A DNA stretch of 64,000 nt from Terriglobia bacterium (GCA_965198225.1 CBDAOY010000006.1:896001-960000), one strand, 5' to 3'; positions 47,484 through 57,166 are shown, numbered from the stretch's first letter. Numbers and translations: made by a program. The notes: generated from the letters alone by a model not told the origin.

Positions 47484-48221
47484 CTAGCCGGCGACGGCCG
47501 CCCGAGTTTTCTTGGGCTCCTCAGCGGCGGGCTGCGCATTGCCTGGCGCCTCGGCCGACTGCTCCTCTGCGGCGTCCAGCTCCGTCGCAAGGCGCTCCAC
47601 CTGTTCGACCGTCTTTAAGTCGTCTTCAAGTTTTGTGATCCTGCTTTGATGCGCGCTGATCGCGCTCTTGATCTTGCTCTTGAGTGCTTGAGTATCGATT
47701 CCCATAGAAGGCTCCTTAGAGAAAATTACAGGTTTGCTCTTGCTGCTCGCATCGGGGCCTCGGAGGCCCGTCCTGACGCCCAATGAACTGGAGCTGTCAC
47801 GCTGTTCACTTTCGCTCGAGGCTGGGCTGTTGGGCTGCTCCTTGATCTTGCCGGTGCCGCTGGAGCTTGCGCTCTGCTCTGTGGTGTCGCCCGCGGGACT
47901 CGGGCGCGCCGGTTGCCGGTTGCTGAAGCTCGCGAGTCCGGGGCCGCCAAGCTGCCCGCTCTCGCTCGAAGAGCCGGGGCGACCAAGCTGATTCTTCAGC
48001 TGGAGCAACACCGCACCGGCCACTGTCGCAGCCGCGAGGAAAAGTATGGCGGGCCCGGTCGCCGAGTTGAGCGACGTGCCAAGGAAGGTGACTTCAGTCG
48101 AACCTCGGGAGCCCAGGTAGGTCAGCCAGGCTCCGCCCACAGAGAACAGGAAGCCCAGGAGATATGCGCCGATAACGATCAGCCGGCGAGGGGCGATCGT
48201 TTCGCCGATTGGTTTGGCCAT
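47484..48221 (-). CDS. Two-TM membrane protein with Ser-rich linker and C-terminal coiled coil; possible internal gene at 47484-47705
   Basis: Two hydrophobic segments; internal in-frame ATG at 47705 with an AAGGAG RBS. Confidence 0.55.
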   Translation of the reverse strand: MAKPIGETIAPRRLIVIGAYLLGFLFSVGGAWLTYLGSRGSTEVTFLGTSLNSATGPAILFLAAATVAGAVLLQLKNQLGRPGSSSESGQLGGPGLASFSNRQPARPSPAGDTTEQSASSSGTGKIKEQPNSPASSESEQRDSSSSLGVRTGLRGPDASSKSKPVIFSKEPSMGIDTQALKSKIKSAISAHQSRITKLEDDLKTVEQVERLATELDAAEEQSAEAPGNAQPAAEEPKKTRAAVAG

Positions 48222-48318
48222 GTTCTGTCCCGGTCAGTGATGGTCTTATGCCCTCAAACACGGGGAGAGGCTCGCGAAGCTCCCCTATCCGGGCTAGTCC
48301 CATCACAACCGCAGGTCC

Positions 48319-48392
48319 GCAAATATTACCGGATTCTCGTAAGGCGTGCAAATAATGCGCGAATTCGACTAATATTCGCAAATAATGCGCGA
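48319..48392. promoter_or_regulatory. Phased direct repeats GCAAATAATGCGCGA
   Basis: Exact 15-mers at 48348-48362 and 48378-48392; degenerate copy at 48319-48333. Confidence 0.45.
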
Positions 48393-48510
48393 CAGTGGGT
48401 TGATGCATGGCCATTTTGAGGCATTTTGCGTAGCGAATGACGTCGCGGTTCAGAGAACTGCTAACCGCGTTGACGTGAAGTTGAGTGAGCTTGAGATCTG
48501 GTCTAGCTCA

Positions 48511-49272
48511 TCATTCGACCGGGATGCCAACCTTGCCGGGACCCGGGCCGGGTTCCGGCCCGTATCGCACCACTCCGTCGGGGCCAACATAGAAGCCATA
48601 CCGGCCTACATTGGGTAACGGTATCGCCGCCGCAACGTAGCCGTTGAGGGCGTCGAAGGAGTCATCGCTGCGAGCCTCGGTAAGTGTGATTTCGAAGCGA
48701 TACCCGCGAAGAATACGCTCGCCGAAGCGCGGATCGAGGAACCCCGCGTCGATCAATTCCTGGATATCACCATAATGGCGGTCCCCCCGCATCATATAAG
48801 TAACCTCGGCGGCGTTGATTGCTCTGAGCAACGCCACGACACTTTGCTCGGCCCCTGGTCCGGGTCGAAGATAGCCAGGGGGGACAATGGACGAGAAGTT
48901 GACGACGATGGAAACAGGGAGTAGCACGGACGCCGCTCCGAGAGCGGTTCCGCCTGCGCTTCGCCCCTTGACGCCGTAAACGATGGCAATGCCACCGCCT
49001 GCCAGGGACCCAAGCAGCGACAGCCAGAGCAGTGTCTGCTCGAGCAATATCGAGTCGATGCCACCGCTGATTCGGGCCTCGACAACGAAGACGAATCCGA
49101 TCAGGACTGCGATCGCGACGGGAATGGTTAGCAATCCGACGAGTCGGCTCCGCCGTCGCCACCGAAGTTGTCTCGCGTCCTCGTCAGAGCGGTTCAGCCT
49201 CCGCTGTATGGCCATGGCGTCAAGCCTTGATAAATCTCGTACGGGCCCAGGCGTGTGCCTTGCTGGCGACAC
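48511..49272 (-). CDS. Membrane protein with a C-terminal type IV pilin-like domain
   Basis: Three TM segments, then EQSVVALLRAINAAEVTY...ELIDAGFLDPRF...GYRFEI...FYVGPDGVVRY. Confidence 0.6.
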   Translation of the reverse strand: MSPARHTPGPVRDLSRLDAMAIQRRLNRSDEDARQLRWRRRSRLVGLLTIPVAIAVLIGFVFVVEARISGGIDSILLEQTLLWLSLLGSLAGGGIAIVYGVKGRSAGGTALGAASVLLPVSIVVNFSSIVPPGYLRPGPGAEQSVVALLRAINAAEVTYMMRGDRHYGDIQELIDAGFLDPRFGERILRGYRFEITLTEARSDDSFDALNGYVAAAIPLPNVGRYGFYVGPDGVVRYGPEPGPGPGKVGIPVE

Positions 49273-49302
49273 CGACTGCCTCCTGAGGACGTACGGTCAC
49301 AC

Positions 49303-49436
49303 GACCATCCTTGTCCAAAACAGCCTTTCGAGGGGAGAGAATTCGGGAGGGGCGGATCTGGGGAGGTGTAGGTGCGGGTCTATGACCGCACATTCTTCGA
49401 GCCGAAACGATGTGCGCTCACAGAGCGCACCTACAC
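49303..49436 (+). repeat. Leader + REPIN composite element (MITE-like)
   Basis: Aligns with the reverse complement of ~52965-53085 and with 18238-18344. Confidence 0.85.
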
Positions 49437-49631
49437 CCGATCCTGAAGTTTCGCTCTCTCACATCCGAGACCTCTTCACCGGCCCGCCGCTGGCCCACTG
49501 ATTCGACCTCACTCAAACAAAGAGTCCAGCTTGGGGCGGCCTTCCAACAAACCCGAGAGGATTTCCAAAACGCCGGGGCCTCGGGGTGTTACTCTTGCCC
49601 CGATTTCCTAATCCGTCCGGACGTCCTAGTC

Positions 49632-50126
49632 ATGAAGGTTGATCGAAGATCGTGTGCACTAGTTTCCCTCTTACTGCTGTGGGCCGGCATGACTCTCTCC
49701 GGTCGGCCCGAAGCCCATCCCGAGAAATATCGGGACGCCGGGTTCCAGCGGATAGAACAATTGGAAAGGCGCTTGACGGATTACCTGAACGGGCGCGTGC
49801 TCGTGTTTCGAAAGGCCGGTCTCGAAGGCGCCCGGCTCGAATTCGACCGATCCGGTCGGCCGAAGGGATCACTCTCTGAGGGGGGAGACCGACGCGCGAT
49901 TCGATTCCTCGAACTCCGGATACTCGAGGGACGCATGATCTTGCGCGCCGAGGAAGTCTGGCCCGAGATCCGGGACGGAAAGAGGATCTATGTCAGGAGA
50001 GGAGAAGTGATCCCCGTGGTGCGTTCGATCGCGGAGCTTCCTGAAGACGCCACTTTCTTGTCGGTCATCTCGCTTCTGGCACGGATCTTCCTGACCGCCG
50101 ACGAACTGGACGTACCCGGCTCGTAG
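49632..50126 (+). CDS. Hypothetical exported protein
   Basis: Signal-like N-terminus MKVDRRSCALVSLLLLWAG; co-oriented 36 bp upstream of the next gene. Confidence 0.55.
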   Translation: MKVDRRSCALVSLLLLWAGMTLSGRPEAHPEKYRDAGFQRIEQLERRLTDYLNGRVLVFRKAGLEGARLEFDRSGRPKGSLSEGGDRRAIRFLELRILEGRMILRAEEVWPEIRDGKRIYVRRGEVIPVVRSIAELPEDATFLSVISLLARIFLTADELDVPGS

Positions 50127-50162
50127 AAACCGAATCCTGATCCCTGGAAAGGACGAAAAAAG

Positions 50163-52628
50163 ATGCGACGAAAACACTTCCTGGGTCTCGCACTGACCCT
50201 GTCGATCGTGGTGCTCGTGTTCCTCTCAGGCGTCATCCCACACGCGGTGGCCCAGTGGGCGAACCGGTACCACCAGGTCGACGGTTACAGCCACCACGTT
50301 TACGTCGAGGGCTTCGAATTGCCGACGCTCACCAACGGGCCCATCGACCCGGCGCCGGCTCCCGATGGACGGCAACTCGCATTCTCTTCGCGCGGCTGGC
50401 TCTGGGTGATGGATCTGGAAACGGGGGAAGCCCGAAGGATCACCGAGGGTGGGGAGATGGACTTTCGTCCTTCCTGGAACCCCCAGGGCGACCGCCTCGC
50501 ATTCGTCCGGGACAACGACCACGACACCCGCATCGTTGTGATCGACGCTGAGAGCGGGAACGAATTGTACACGCTCGATACGCCCACCATCGAACTCGAT
50601 CCCGTGTTCAGTCCCGACGGCCGGACGCTCTACTACACGTCGGGGGAGTCGGGAGATCTCGACATCTGGGCCTTTGACTTCGAGTCGGAGGAAAAACGAC
50701 GGATCACCACCGACACGGGTATGGAGGTCAAGGCGCAGCCGCACCCGAACGGTGAAGACCTGGTGGTTCTCTCGAAGGTCGACGTCAGCGACCAGAACGA
50801 TAGCGTCCAGATTCGCGGAGACGGGGGTACGGGAAGTCCCGTGAACCTGGTCAACGGGCGGATCGCGTCGATGGCACGACCCGCGCTGAGCCCGGACGGG
50901 GATTACCTGGCTCTGAACTGGCCCACACAGAACGGGTGGGAACTGCGGCTGCACCGGATGGATGATCCCGGCCCGTCGGTCCTGCTGGCGGAAGGCCTTC
51001 CACTCACGCCCGCATGGAGCCCGGACGGCGAGTGGATCTACTACTCCGAGGCCGACGACGAAGATCGGATGTTTCTCAAGCGCATTCGCGCCGTCGGAGG
51101 GGCTGTCGAAGAGGTGCCGGTCCTGTCGTGGGATTGGGAAGTGGATGTCGCGCGGGTGCGGATCAAGACCCGACTGACCGGGCGCGTCGAACCCCTCGCG
51201 GTCCGTCTGAACGTCGTGGACGCCACCGGCCATCCCGCGGTCCCGGACGCGTCCGCCGCCCACGCCGACCTCCAAAGCGGGCGGGTGTTCTTCTACAGCC
51301 CGGGAGTCGTCGAGGTGTCGGTCCCAGCGGGCGAGGTCGCCGTTTCTGCGGTGCGCGGCCTCAGCACACCCGAAGTGACGGAGCGAGTCGTCGCGCGGGC
51401 CGGTCAGGTCACCGAGGTCGAGTTGGAGCTGGAGTCGCTCTGGGATGCGAGAGCGGCGGGATGGACTTCGGGCGACCATCACTTCCACCTAAACTACGGC
51501 GGGCAGTATGTCCTCAGTCCCGAGGATCTCGTTCCCATGATGGCAGGCGAGGATCTGGACATGACCACGCCGCTGTTAGGGAACCTCCACAACCGGTTCG
51601 AGGACCAGCACCTGTGGGGGTGGGAGAAATCCGACGGCATACCGATGATCCGTTTCGGTCAGGAACTCCGACCGCACCTCCTGGGCCATCTGGGATTGAT
51701 CGAGACACCCGAGTTCCACTGGCCCTGGGTGTGGGGTCCGGGATACGAGGTGTACGGGTCGGATGACCGGACCAATGCAGAGGTCCTCGGGTGGGCCCGG
51801 GACCGGGGAGGCCTCGGCTTCTACGTTCACCCGACTACCGCAACAGACCCGTTCGACGAAGTCGCGAGATCCGGGTTGATCGCGGAACTGGTTGCCGATG
51901 GGGTCCTCGGGGATCTCGATGCCCTGGAGGTCGTGTGCATGTGGAGTGACGAGGTTGGGACCTCCGCGATGTGGCACCGGTTCCTGAACCTGGGTATGAC
52001 CGTGGCGCCGACGGCGGGCACCGACGTGATGACCGACTACTACCGGACCATGGCGATCGGCACGACAAGGGTCTACGCCGACACCGGGGATCGGGTCAAC
52101 TGGCCGGCATACATCGGCGCTCTCCGGGAGGGCCGGTCTTTCGTGACCAATGGTCCACTCCTCGATTTCCGTCTGGAAGAGGCGAGGCCCGGAGGGGTCG
52201 TCGAGGGCGGTGCGGCCGACTGGTCACTCGAACTGGCCACCGCGACCGAGGTCGACACCGTGGAGCTGATCGTCAACGGCAACGTCGTCTGGTCTGATGA
52301 AGGGCTCGATCGGCCGGGCCGGCGTTCCTATTCGGGTACGGTCGAACTTCCCGACGGCGGGTGGGTCGGCATCCGCGCCAGCGGCGGCGAGACCAGGTGG
52401 CCTTCGATGGACAGTTATCCTTTCGCGCACACCGCACCGGTTTGGATCGATCACCGGGGCAGCTTTGATGAGGCGGCTCGACGAACTGCCGCCGGCGAAC
52501 TGCTCCAGGTTCTCGACGCCTCGCAGAATCGACTTGTTGAGGCGTACGGGGATGCCGAGATTCCCCGCCTGCTGCAGCATTTCAACGCGGCGCGGACACG
52601 TTTGACGGCCCTGGGGGCAGGGAACTGA
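50163..52628 (+). CDS. Exported CehA/McbA-family (PHP-like) metallohydrolase with TolB-like PD40 propeller
   Basis: PAPDG/WNPQG/FSPDG/LSPDG/WSPDG repeats; GDHHFHLNY, GQELRPHLLGH, AGTDV, GRSFVTNGP. Confidence 0.85.
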   Translation: MRRKHFLGLALTLSIVVLVFLSGVIPHAVAQWANRYHQVDGYSHHVYVEGFELPTLTNGPIDPAPAPDGRQLAFSSRGWLWVMDLETGEARRITEGGEMDFRPSWNPQGDRLAFVRDNDHDTRIVVIDAESGNELYTLDTPTIELDPVFSPDGRTLYYTSGESGDLDIWAFDFESEEKRRITTDTGMEVKAQPHPNGEDLVVLSKVDVSDQNDSVQIRGDGGTGSPVNLVNGRIASMARPALSPDGDYLALNWPTQNGWELRLHRMDDPGPSVLLAEGLPLTPAWSPDGEWIYYSEADDEDRMFLKRIRAVGGAVEEVPVLSWDWEVDVARVRIKTRLTGRVEPLAVRLNVVDATGHPAVPDASAAHADLQSGRVFFYSPGVVEVSVPAGEVAVSAVRGLSTPEVTERVVARAGQVTEVELELESLWDARAAGWTSGDHHFHLNYGGQYVLSPEDLVPMMAGEDLDMTTPLLGNLHNRFEDQHLWGWEKSDGIPMIRFGQELRPHLLGHLGLIETPEFHWPWVWGPGYEVYGSDDRTNAEVLGWARDRGGLGFYVHPTTATDPFDEVARSGLIAELVADGVLGDLDALEVVCMWSDEVGTSAMWHRFLNLGMTVAPTAGTDVMTDYYRTMAIGTTRVYADTGDRVNWPAYIGALREGRSFVTNGPLLDFRLEEARPGGVVEGGAADWSLELATATEVDTVELIVNGNVVWSDEGLDRPGRRSYSGTVELPDGGWVGIRASGGETRWPSMDSYPFAHTAPVWIDHRGSFDEAARRTAAGELLQVLDASQNRLVEAYGDAEIPRLLQHFNAARTRLTALGAGN

Positions 52629-52684
52629 TCCAGCCTTGAATTCCTGGCAGGCGTTTTGACGCGCGCGAACTCACTTCCAGGGTC

Positions 52685-53085
52685 GTGTAGGGGCGCTCTA
52701 TGAAGCGGTGAACGAATTATGGGAACGGAAAATCGGGTGGCGGGGCTTTTCACGTGTAGGTGCGGTCTATGACCGCATGAATTATGGGAACGGAAAATCG
52801 GGTGGCGGGGCTTTTCACGTGTAGGTGCGGTCTATGACCGCATAACTTGTGGTCCCGCGGGCATTTGTGCGCTCATAGAGCGCACCTACACTTGAGGATC
52901 GCAGGTTCTTCACGAAAAGCCCCGCCACCCGATTCTCAAACAAATGGCATTGGTTCACAGCTTCGTAGAGCGCACATGTTTCGGTTCGAAGAGTGTGCGG
53001 TCATAGACCGCACCTACACCTCCTCAGGAGATCCGCCTCTCCAAAATTCCCTCCCGTCGAAAAGATGTCTTGGGCAGCAATGGTC
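52685..53085. repeat. Nested palindromic REP complex with a perfect 65-bp tandem duplication
   Basis: 52714-52778 = 52779-52843; REPIN at 52819-52891; inverted arm GAAAAGCCCCGCCACCCGATT at 52914-52934; leader + REP on the minus strand to 53085. Confidence 0.88.
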
Positions 53086-53141
53086 CTGTCCGCCTTCGCC
53101 GGAACAAGAAAGGCGGGCGAGAAAACGCGGCTAGAGGTTCG

Positions 53142-54148
53142 CTAGTTCCCTTCGAGATACTCCTTTCGGAGCTTTGCGACGACCGTGTAGTGCGGGTCGA
53201 CGACGTTCGCGATCTCATACTCGATCAGGTGCCCGAGCAACATTCCCGCGGCGCGCTCGTCGAACCCGTAGTCTGTCATGAGCGGCCGCGCGCTCTCCCC
53301 AGAACCATGATGTAATCATCATTCTCGATGCGCGGCCATCCGATCATCTTGCTCTTGACCAGATCCACCGAGAACTCGACATCCATCGAAATCTCCAGGG
53401 CGTTGCCGACCACCTCGCCGTGACCCTGCCGAGCGTGTCCGTCGCCGACGAACAGTAGCGCTCCGGGTTCATACACCGGGAGCATTACCGTCACGCCCTC
53501 GACCAGGCCGAAGTAGTCCATGTTGCCGCCGAACTCGCCCGGGGTCGCCGTAGAGACCGCTTCCTTCCCCGGTGGCGCCGTCCCCAGACATCCGAGCATC
53601 GGTTCGAGGGGGATCTCGAGGACGGACGGCTGCAGATCCGCGGTTGTGGTCCGTGCGACGCCCTCCCTCAGATCAACCGTCCAGTTCTCGCAGTAAGGAG
53701 AGTCCAGATCGAGGCAGGGATGTGCGACCGGGACTCTCCCGCCGTCGGTGCGCAGGAAGAGGGGATCGGTCGCATAGGGAGCGAGCACCTGCGACGACCA
53801 GGCGTTCGTCCGGTTCGGCTCGATTTTCTCGATTCGCACGACGAGCATGTCTCCGGGCTCAGCGCCCTCAATGTAAAAGGGCCCGGTCTGCGGGTTCCAG
53901 TTGTCGGCAACCCTCCGGCTGTTCTCATCGAAACCAAGTGCGTCGATCGTCCGGGTGATCACCCTGTCGCCGGGATTGATCCGCAGTACGGGCGCATGCG
54001 CGAAGGAGAAGGTGTTGAAGTAGTGCTCCGCCTGGAACCGATGCGTTTCTCCACTCTGTGGAGGTCCCGCCGCCATCTGCGCTGACACGATGCCCAACAG
54101 CAAGGCCACCATTAGCGACACGTTCATGAACTGAGTTGTTCGATTCAT
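53142..54148 (-). pseudogene. Exported acetamidase/formamidase-family protein, frameshifted near the C-terminus
   Basis: NPQTGPFYIEGAEPGD, FGGNMD, GDGHARQGHGEV. The frame breaks at ~53295 (GGGAGAGCGCGCGG) and resumes as ARPLMTDYGFDE...NVVDPHYTVVAKLRKEYLEGN*. Could be a sequencing error. Confidence 0.75.
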
Positions 54149-54365
54149 TGCACCCCCAAGTGTTCTGGTGTTTTTTCGCACTTCGGAAAACTCGCGTAAA
54201 TACTACGGAAGGAAGGGTCCAGATCTGTTCCAGGCCTTCTAATGTGAAAGATAGGGACAGAGGAGCCTGTCCCTGTTCTATCTTCCGTGTTCTTAGCAGT
54301 TTTTCGGGCGCGCCCCTTGCGCCGCTGACGGACAGGCCGGACAACGAGGCCGATCACTCGGGGGC

Positions 54366-55709
54366 TCAGTTGCCACCCTCCTGATACATGTAGTCCGCCG
54401 CGAGATTGGACATCGCGCGCACGCCCACAATCAGCGCACCCTCGTCCGCGAAGAACAGCGGCGAATGGTTTGGTGCGGCCGTCTCCGGATCTCCATCCTC
54501 CGGCGTCACGCCCAAGAAGAAATACAGGGACGGGACTTCGTTCGCGAAGTAGGCAAAATCTTCGGCGCCCGTTATCGCATCTGCCACAAGAACCTTGTTG
54601 GGTCCGGCTGCCCTCTCCAGCGTCGGAACCATACGCGCGGTCAAGGTGGGGTCGTTGAAAGTGACCGGAACACCCACATCGATCGTGACCTCCGCCCTCG
54701 CACCGGCGCTTTCCGCGATCATCGTCGCCGTGGTCCGGATGCGCCGGTGGATTTCCTCTTGCATTTCGCCGTCCAACGTCCGAATCGTGCCGACCAGTTC
54801 GACTTCGTCCGGGATGATGTTTCTTCGAACACCTCCCCGGATCATCCCGATCGTGATGATAGACGCCGCCTTCGTGACCTCGACCTGACGGCTGGCGATC
54901 GTCTGCAGACCCATGATGATCTGAGCCGCCGTGACGATCGGATCGACTCCCCGCCACGGTGCGGCTCCGTGTGTCTGCGCACCCTTCACTGTGATTCGGA
55001 GCCCGTCTGCGGCCGCCATTGCCCCTCGTTGCCGGTAGGAGCGGCTCCCGAACTCCCTGGGTGAAACATGCAGCCCGAAGGCCACATCCGGCCGGGGATT
55101 GTCGAACACGCCCTCCTTCAGCATCAACTCGGCGCCACCTTCTTCGCCCGCAGGCGGTCCCTCTTCGGCGGGCTGGAAGATGAACTTGACCGTTCCCGGC
55201 AGTCGGTCGCGGACTTCGGTCAGCACCTCCGCAGCACCCATCAGGATCGCGACGTGATTGTCGTGTCCACAGGCATGCATGACGCCGACTTCCTGGCCGT
55301 TGTACGTCGTCCTTGCTCTGGAAGCGAAAGGCAGGTCCACCTGCTCGGTCACAGGCAGGGCATCCATGTCCGCCCGCAGTGCGACGACGGGTCCCGGCCG
55401 CCCGCCGCGAAGCAGTCCGACGACCCCGGTGTGTCCGACTTCAGTCTGAACCTCGATGCCGAGGCTCCGAAGGTGGTCCGCCACCTTGGCCGCCGTGCGA
55501 AACTCCCTGTTGCCCAGTTCCGGGTTTTGATGGATGTCGCGACGCCATTCGATGACCTTGCTTTCAACCTCTGAGGCAAGCCGGTTGATTTCAGTGGCTA
55601 TCGGGCTCGCACCGTCCTGTGCCGATGCTAATGGCGCACCGATCGCGATCACTACGGCGACCGCCAGCCGACGGGCCTTCGGTCGCACTTTGTTGAGTAG
55701 GGTTATCAC
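54366..55709 (-). CDS. Exported M20D-family amidohydrolase
   Basis: RRDIHQNPELG, RADMDALP, MHACGHD, FQPAEEG, GAEDF, PNHSP; GTG start with AGGAG RBS. Confidence 0.92.
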   Translation of the reverse strand: MITLLNKVRPKARRLAVAVVIAIGAPLASAQDGASPIATEINRLASEVESKVIEWRRDIHQNPELGNREFRTAAKVADHLRSLGIEVQTEVGHTGVVGLLRGGRPGPVVALRADMDALPVTEQVDLPFASRARTTYNGQEVGVMHACGHDNHVAILMGAAEVLTEVRDRLPGTVKFIFQPAEEGPPAGEEGGAELMLKEGVFDNPRPDVAFGLHVSPREFGSRSYRQRGAMAAADGLRITVKGAQTHGAAPWRGVDPIVTAAQIIMGLQTIASRQVEVTKAASIITIGMIRGGVRRNIIPDEVELVGTIRTLDGEMQEEIHRRIRTTATMIAESAGARAEVTIDVGVPVTFNDPTLTARMVPTLERAAGPNKVLVADAITGAEDFAYFANEVPSLYFFLGVTPEDGDPETAAPNHSPLFFADEGALIVGVRAMSNLAADYMYQEGGN

Positions 55710-55734
55710 TCTTGTCGCTCTCCTTTCTTTCGCC

Positions 55735-55895
55735 TTGCCTTTACCGATCGGCAAAGGCTTTCGTAGCTGCCCACTTGGGTGCCGGGGATCATTCGCTCTC
55801 ACCAGGGCGCCAGTTGAGGATGACAGTGATTACACCTCGGTCCCCCTGGCAGGCTGACCGGCAACGAGAAAGGCCTTCGGGTACAGGTCTTTCCA
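55735..55895 (-). pseudogene. Remnants of two tandem Ser/Thr kinase genes (tail of one, head of the next)
   Basis: ...KAFLVAGQPARGTEV / ITVILNWRPGESE* overlaps the ATG at 55792 of MIPGTQVGSYES, then a shift to LPIGKG. Confidence 0.4.
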
Positions 55896-56029
55896 GCACA
55901 ACTTGAAAAACTGAATTCCTTCTACCCCATGCCCTCGGGCCCTATTCAATCCACCGAAGTCGATTCAGCTCATCGGGCCCGATCAAATGATCGCGCCCGG
56001 TTTCCAGCGGATGCTTCGACGAACCTGGC

Positions 56030-56845
56030 TTACTGCGCGGAGACTTGCTCGATCCGCGTCCAGACTTCCCTCACAACCGCCTCTCGCACGTCCATGGTTC
56101 GGTCGATCGTCGCAGCCCAGCCTGCTTCCGTCATGCTCGGATGGGCCTCTCGGATAAGGTCGTCTGTGACACCACGGCCCACCTCCTGGTCGTCACCGTA
56201 GAAGCTCACGGTCAGAAAATTGTAGGGCTCGCGGCTTCCGCCGGGAAGGAACAACTGCCAGACGCTCCATCCCGCACTGGCTCCCGCGTCCTGCACAGCC
56301 TGGTGGATCGGTTTCCAGATGTCTCGTTCCAGGGTGAGGTAGGCATCATTTCCGCCCGGATCAACTCGCATCTTTGTGAGCAAAAGGTAAGATGCGGGAT
56401 TGATCGACGACAGGGCTTCACGCCGGACCCAGATTTCGCGCCGCACCAAGTCTCGCATCGCCAGGTATTCGCCGACCATCTCTTGAGTGCGTTGCTCGTC
56501 GGCTCCGGGATGGGCCTCTTGAAACACGCCGGCAGGGAAGGCGTCGATGGTCTTGTTGAAGTCGTTGAAGTTGTTGACGGCGACGTAATCGTACTCGGCT
56601 TCTGTCCCGGACGGATACTCCACCCGGTAGAGCTGCCAGCCGGTGATGATCTCCGCCCTCAAGCGGGCTTCGTGGATCGGCATCCAAAACTCTCGCACCA
56701 TCCGGAGGAAGTTGTCGGCTTCACCGGGGGCCACCTTCAAGTAGTTCAAATGCGCGTAAATAGGGGTCTCCGTCTGACCGATCAAGGGTATGGCGAGCAG
56801 AACCAACGCGAAAACGACAATCAAACTGCGGACTGCTTGATGCAT
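56030..56845 (-). CDS. Exported protein with two dimeric alpha-beta-barrel-like repeats
   Basis: Signal peptide; internal duplication WMPIH..GWQLY..P.G..YDYV / WKPIH..GWSVW..PGG..YNFL; GGAGG RBS. Confidence 0.75.
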   Translation of the reverse strand: MHQAVRSLIVVFALVLLAIPLIGQTETPIYAHLNYLKVAPGEADNFLRMVREFWMPIHEARLRAEIITGWQLYRVEYPSGTEAEYDYVAVNNFNDFNKTIDAFPAGVFQEAHPGADEQRTQEMVGEYLAMRDLVRREIWVRREALSSINPASYLLLTKMRVDPGGNDAYLTLERDIWKPIHQAVQDAGASAGWSVWQLFLPGGSREPYNFLTVSFYGDDQEVGRGVTDDLIREAHPSMTEAGWAATIDRTMDVREAVVREVWTRIEQVSAQ

Positions 56846-56883
56846 TTCCTGTACCTCCATTTAACGAAAGTGTAGCCGCGCAA

Positions 56884-56952
56884 GTGTAGGTGCGGTCTAC
56901 GACCGCACACTCTTCGAACCGAAACACGTGCGCTCATAGAGCGCACCTACAC
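56884..56952 (+). repeat. REPIN
   Basis: GTGTAGGTGCGGTCTACGACCGCAC...GTGCGCTCATAGAGCGCACCTACAC. Confidence 0.9.
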
Positions 56953-57166
56953 CTGCTGATCGATTCACTTTCGGGTAGTAGTTGCTGTTGCGCCTGAAGC
57001 TTTCGACTTCTCCGCTTTCCCGACCACGAAGATGATCTCCTCATCGAGTTCGCCGTCGTTGACCGTAGGACCATGGAGAGGTTGTCAGGACCAACAGAAC
57101 CATTAACGATATCGTCTTTTTCATAGTCTTGTTCCTCTGGGATACGGTCTGGCCGATCATGTTGGG

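Noticed and set aside
52714-52843. Repeat-spacer-like pattern as a possible CRISPR array (also ~36717-36840)
   Set aside because: The spacers are identical or near-identical, there are only 2-3 units, the repeat is the dispersed REP, and no cas genes are present.
55720-55920. Possible riboswitch upstream of the M20 amidohydrolase (hairpin GCCTTTACCGATCGGCAAAGGC)
   Set aside because: No known aptamer consensus; better explained as kinase-gene remnants.
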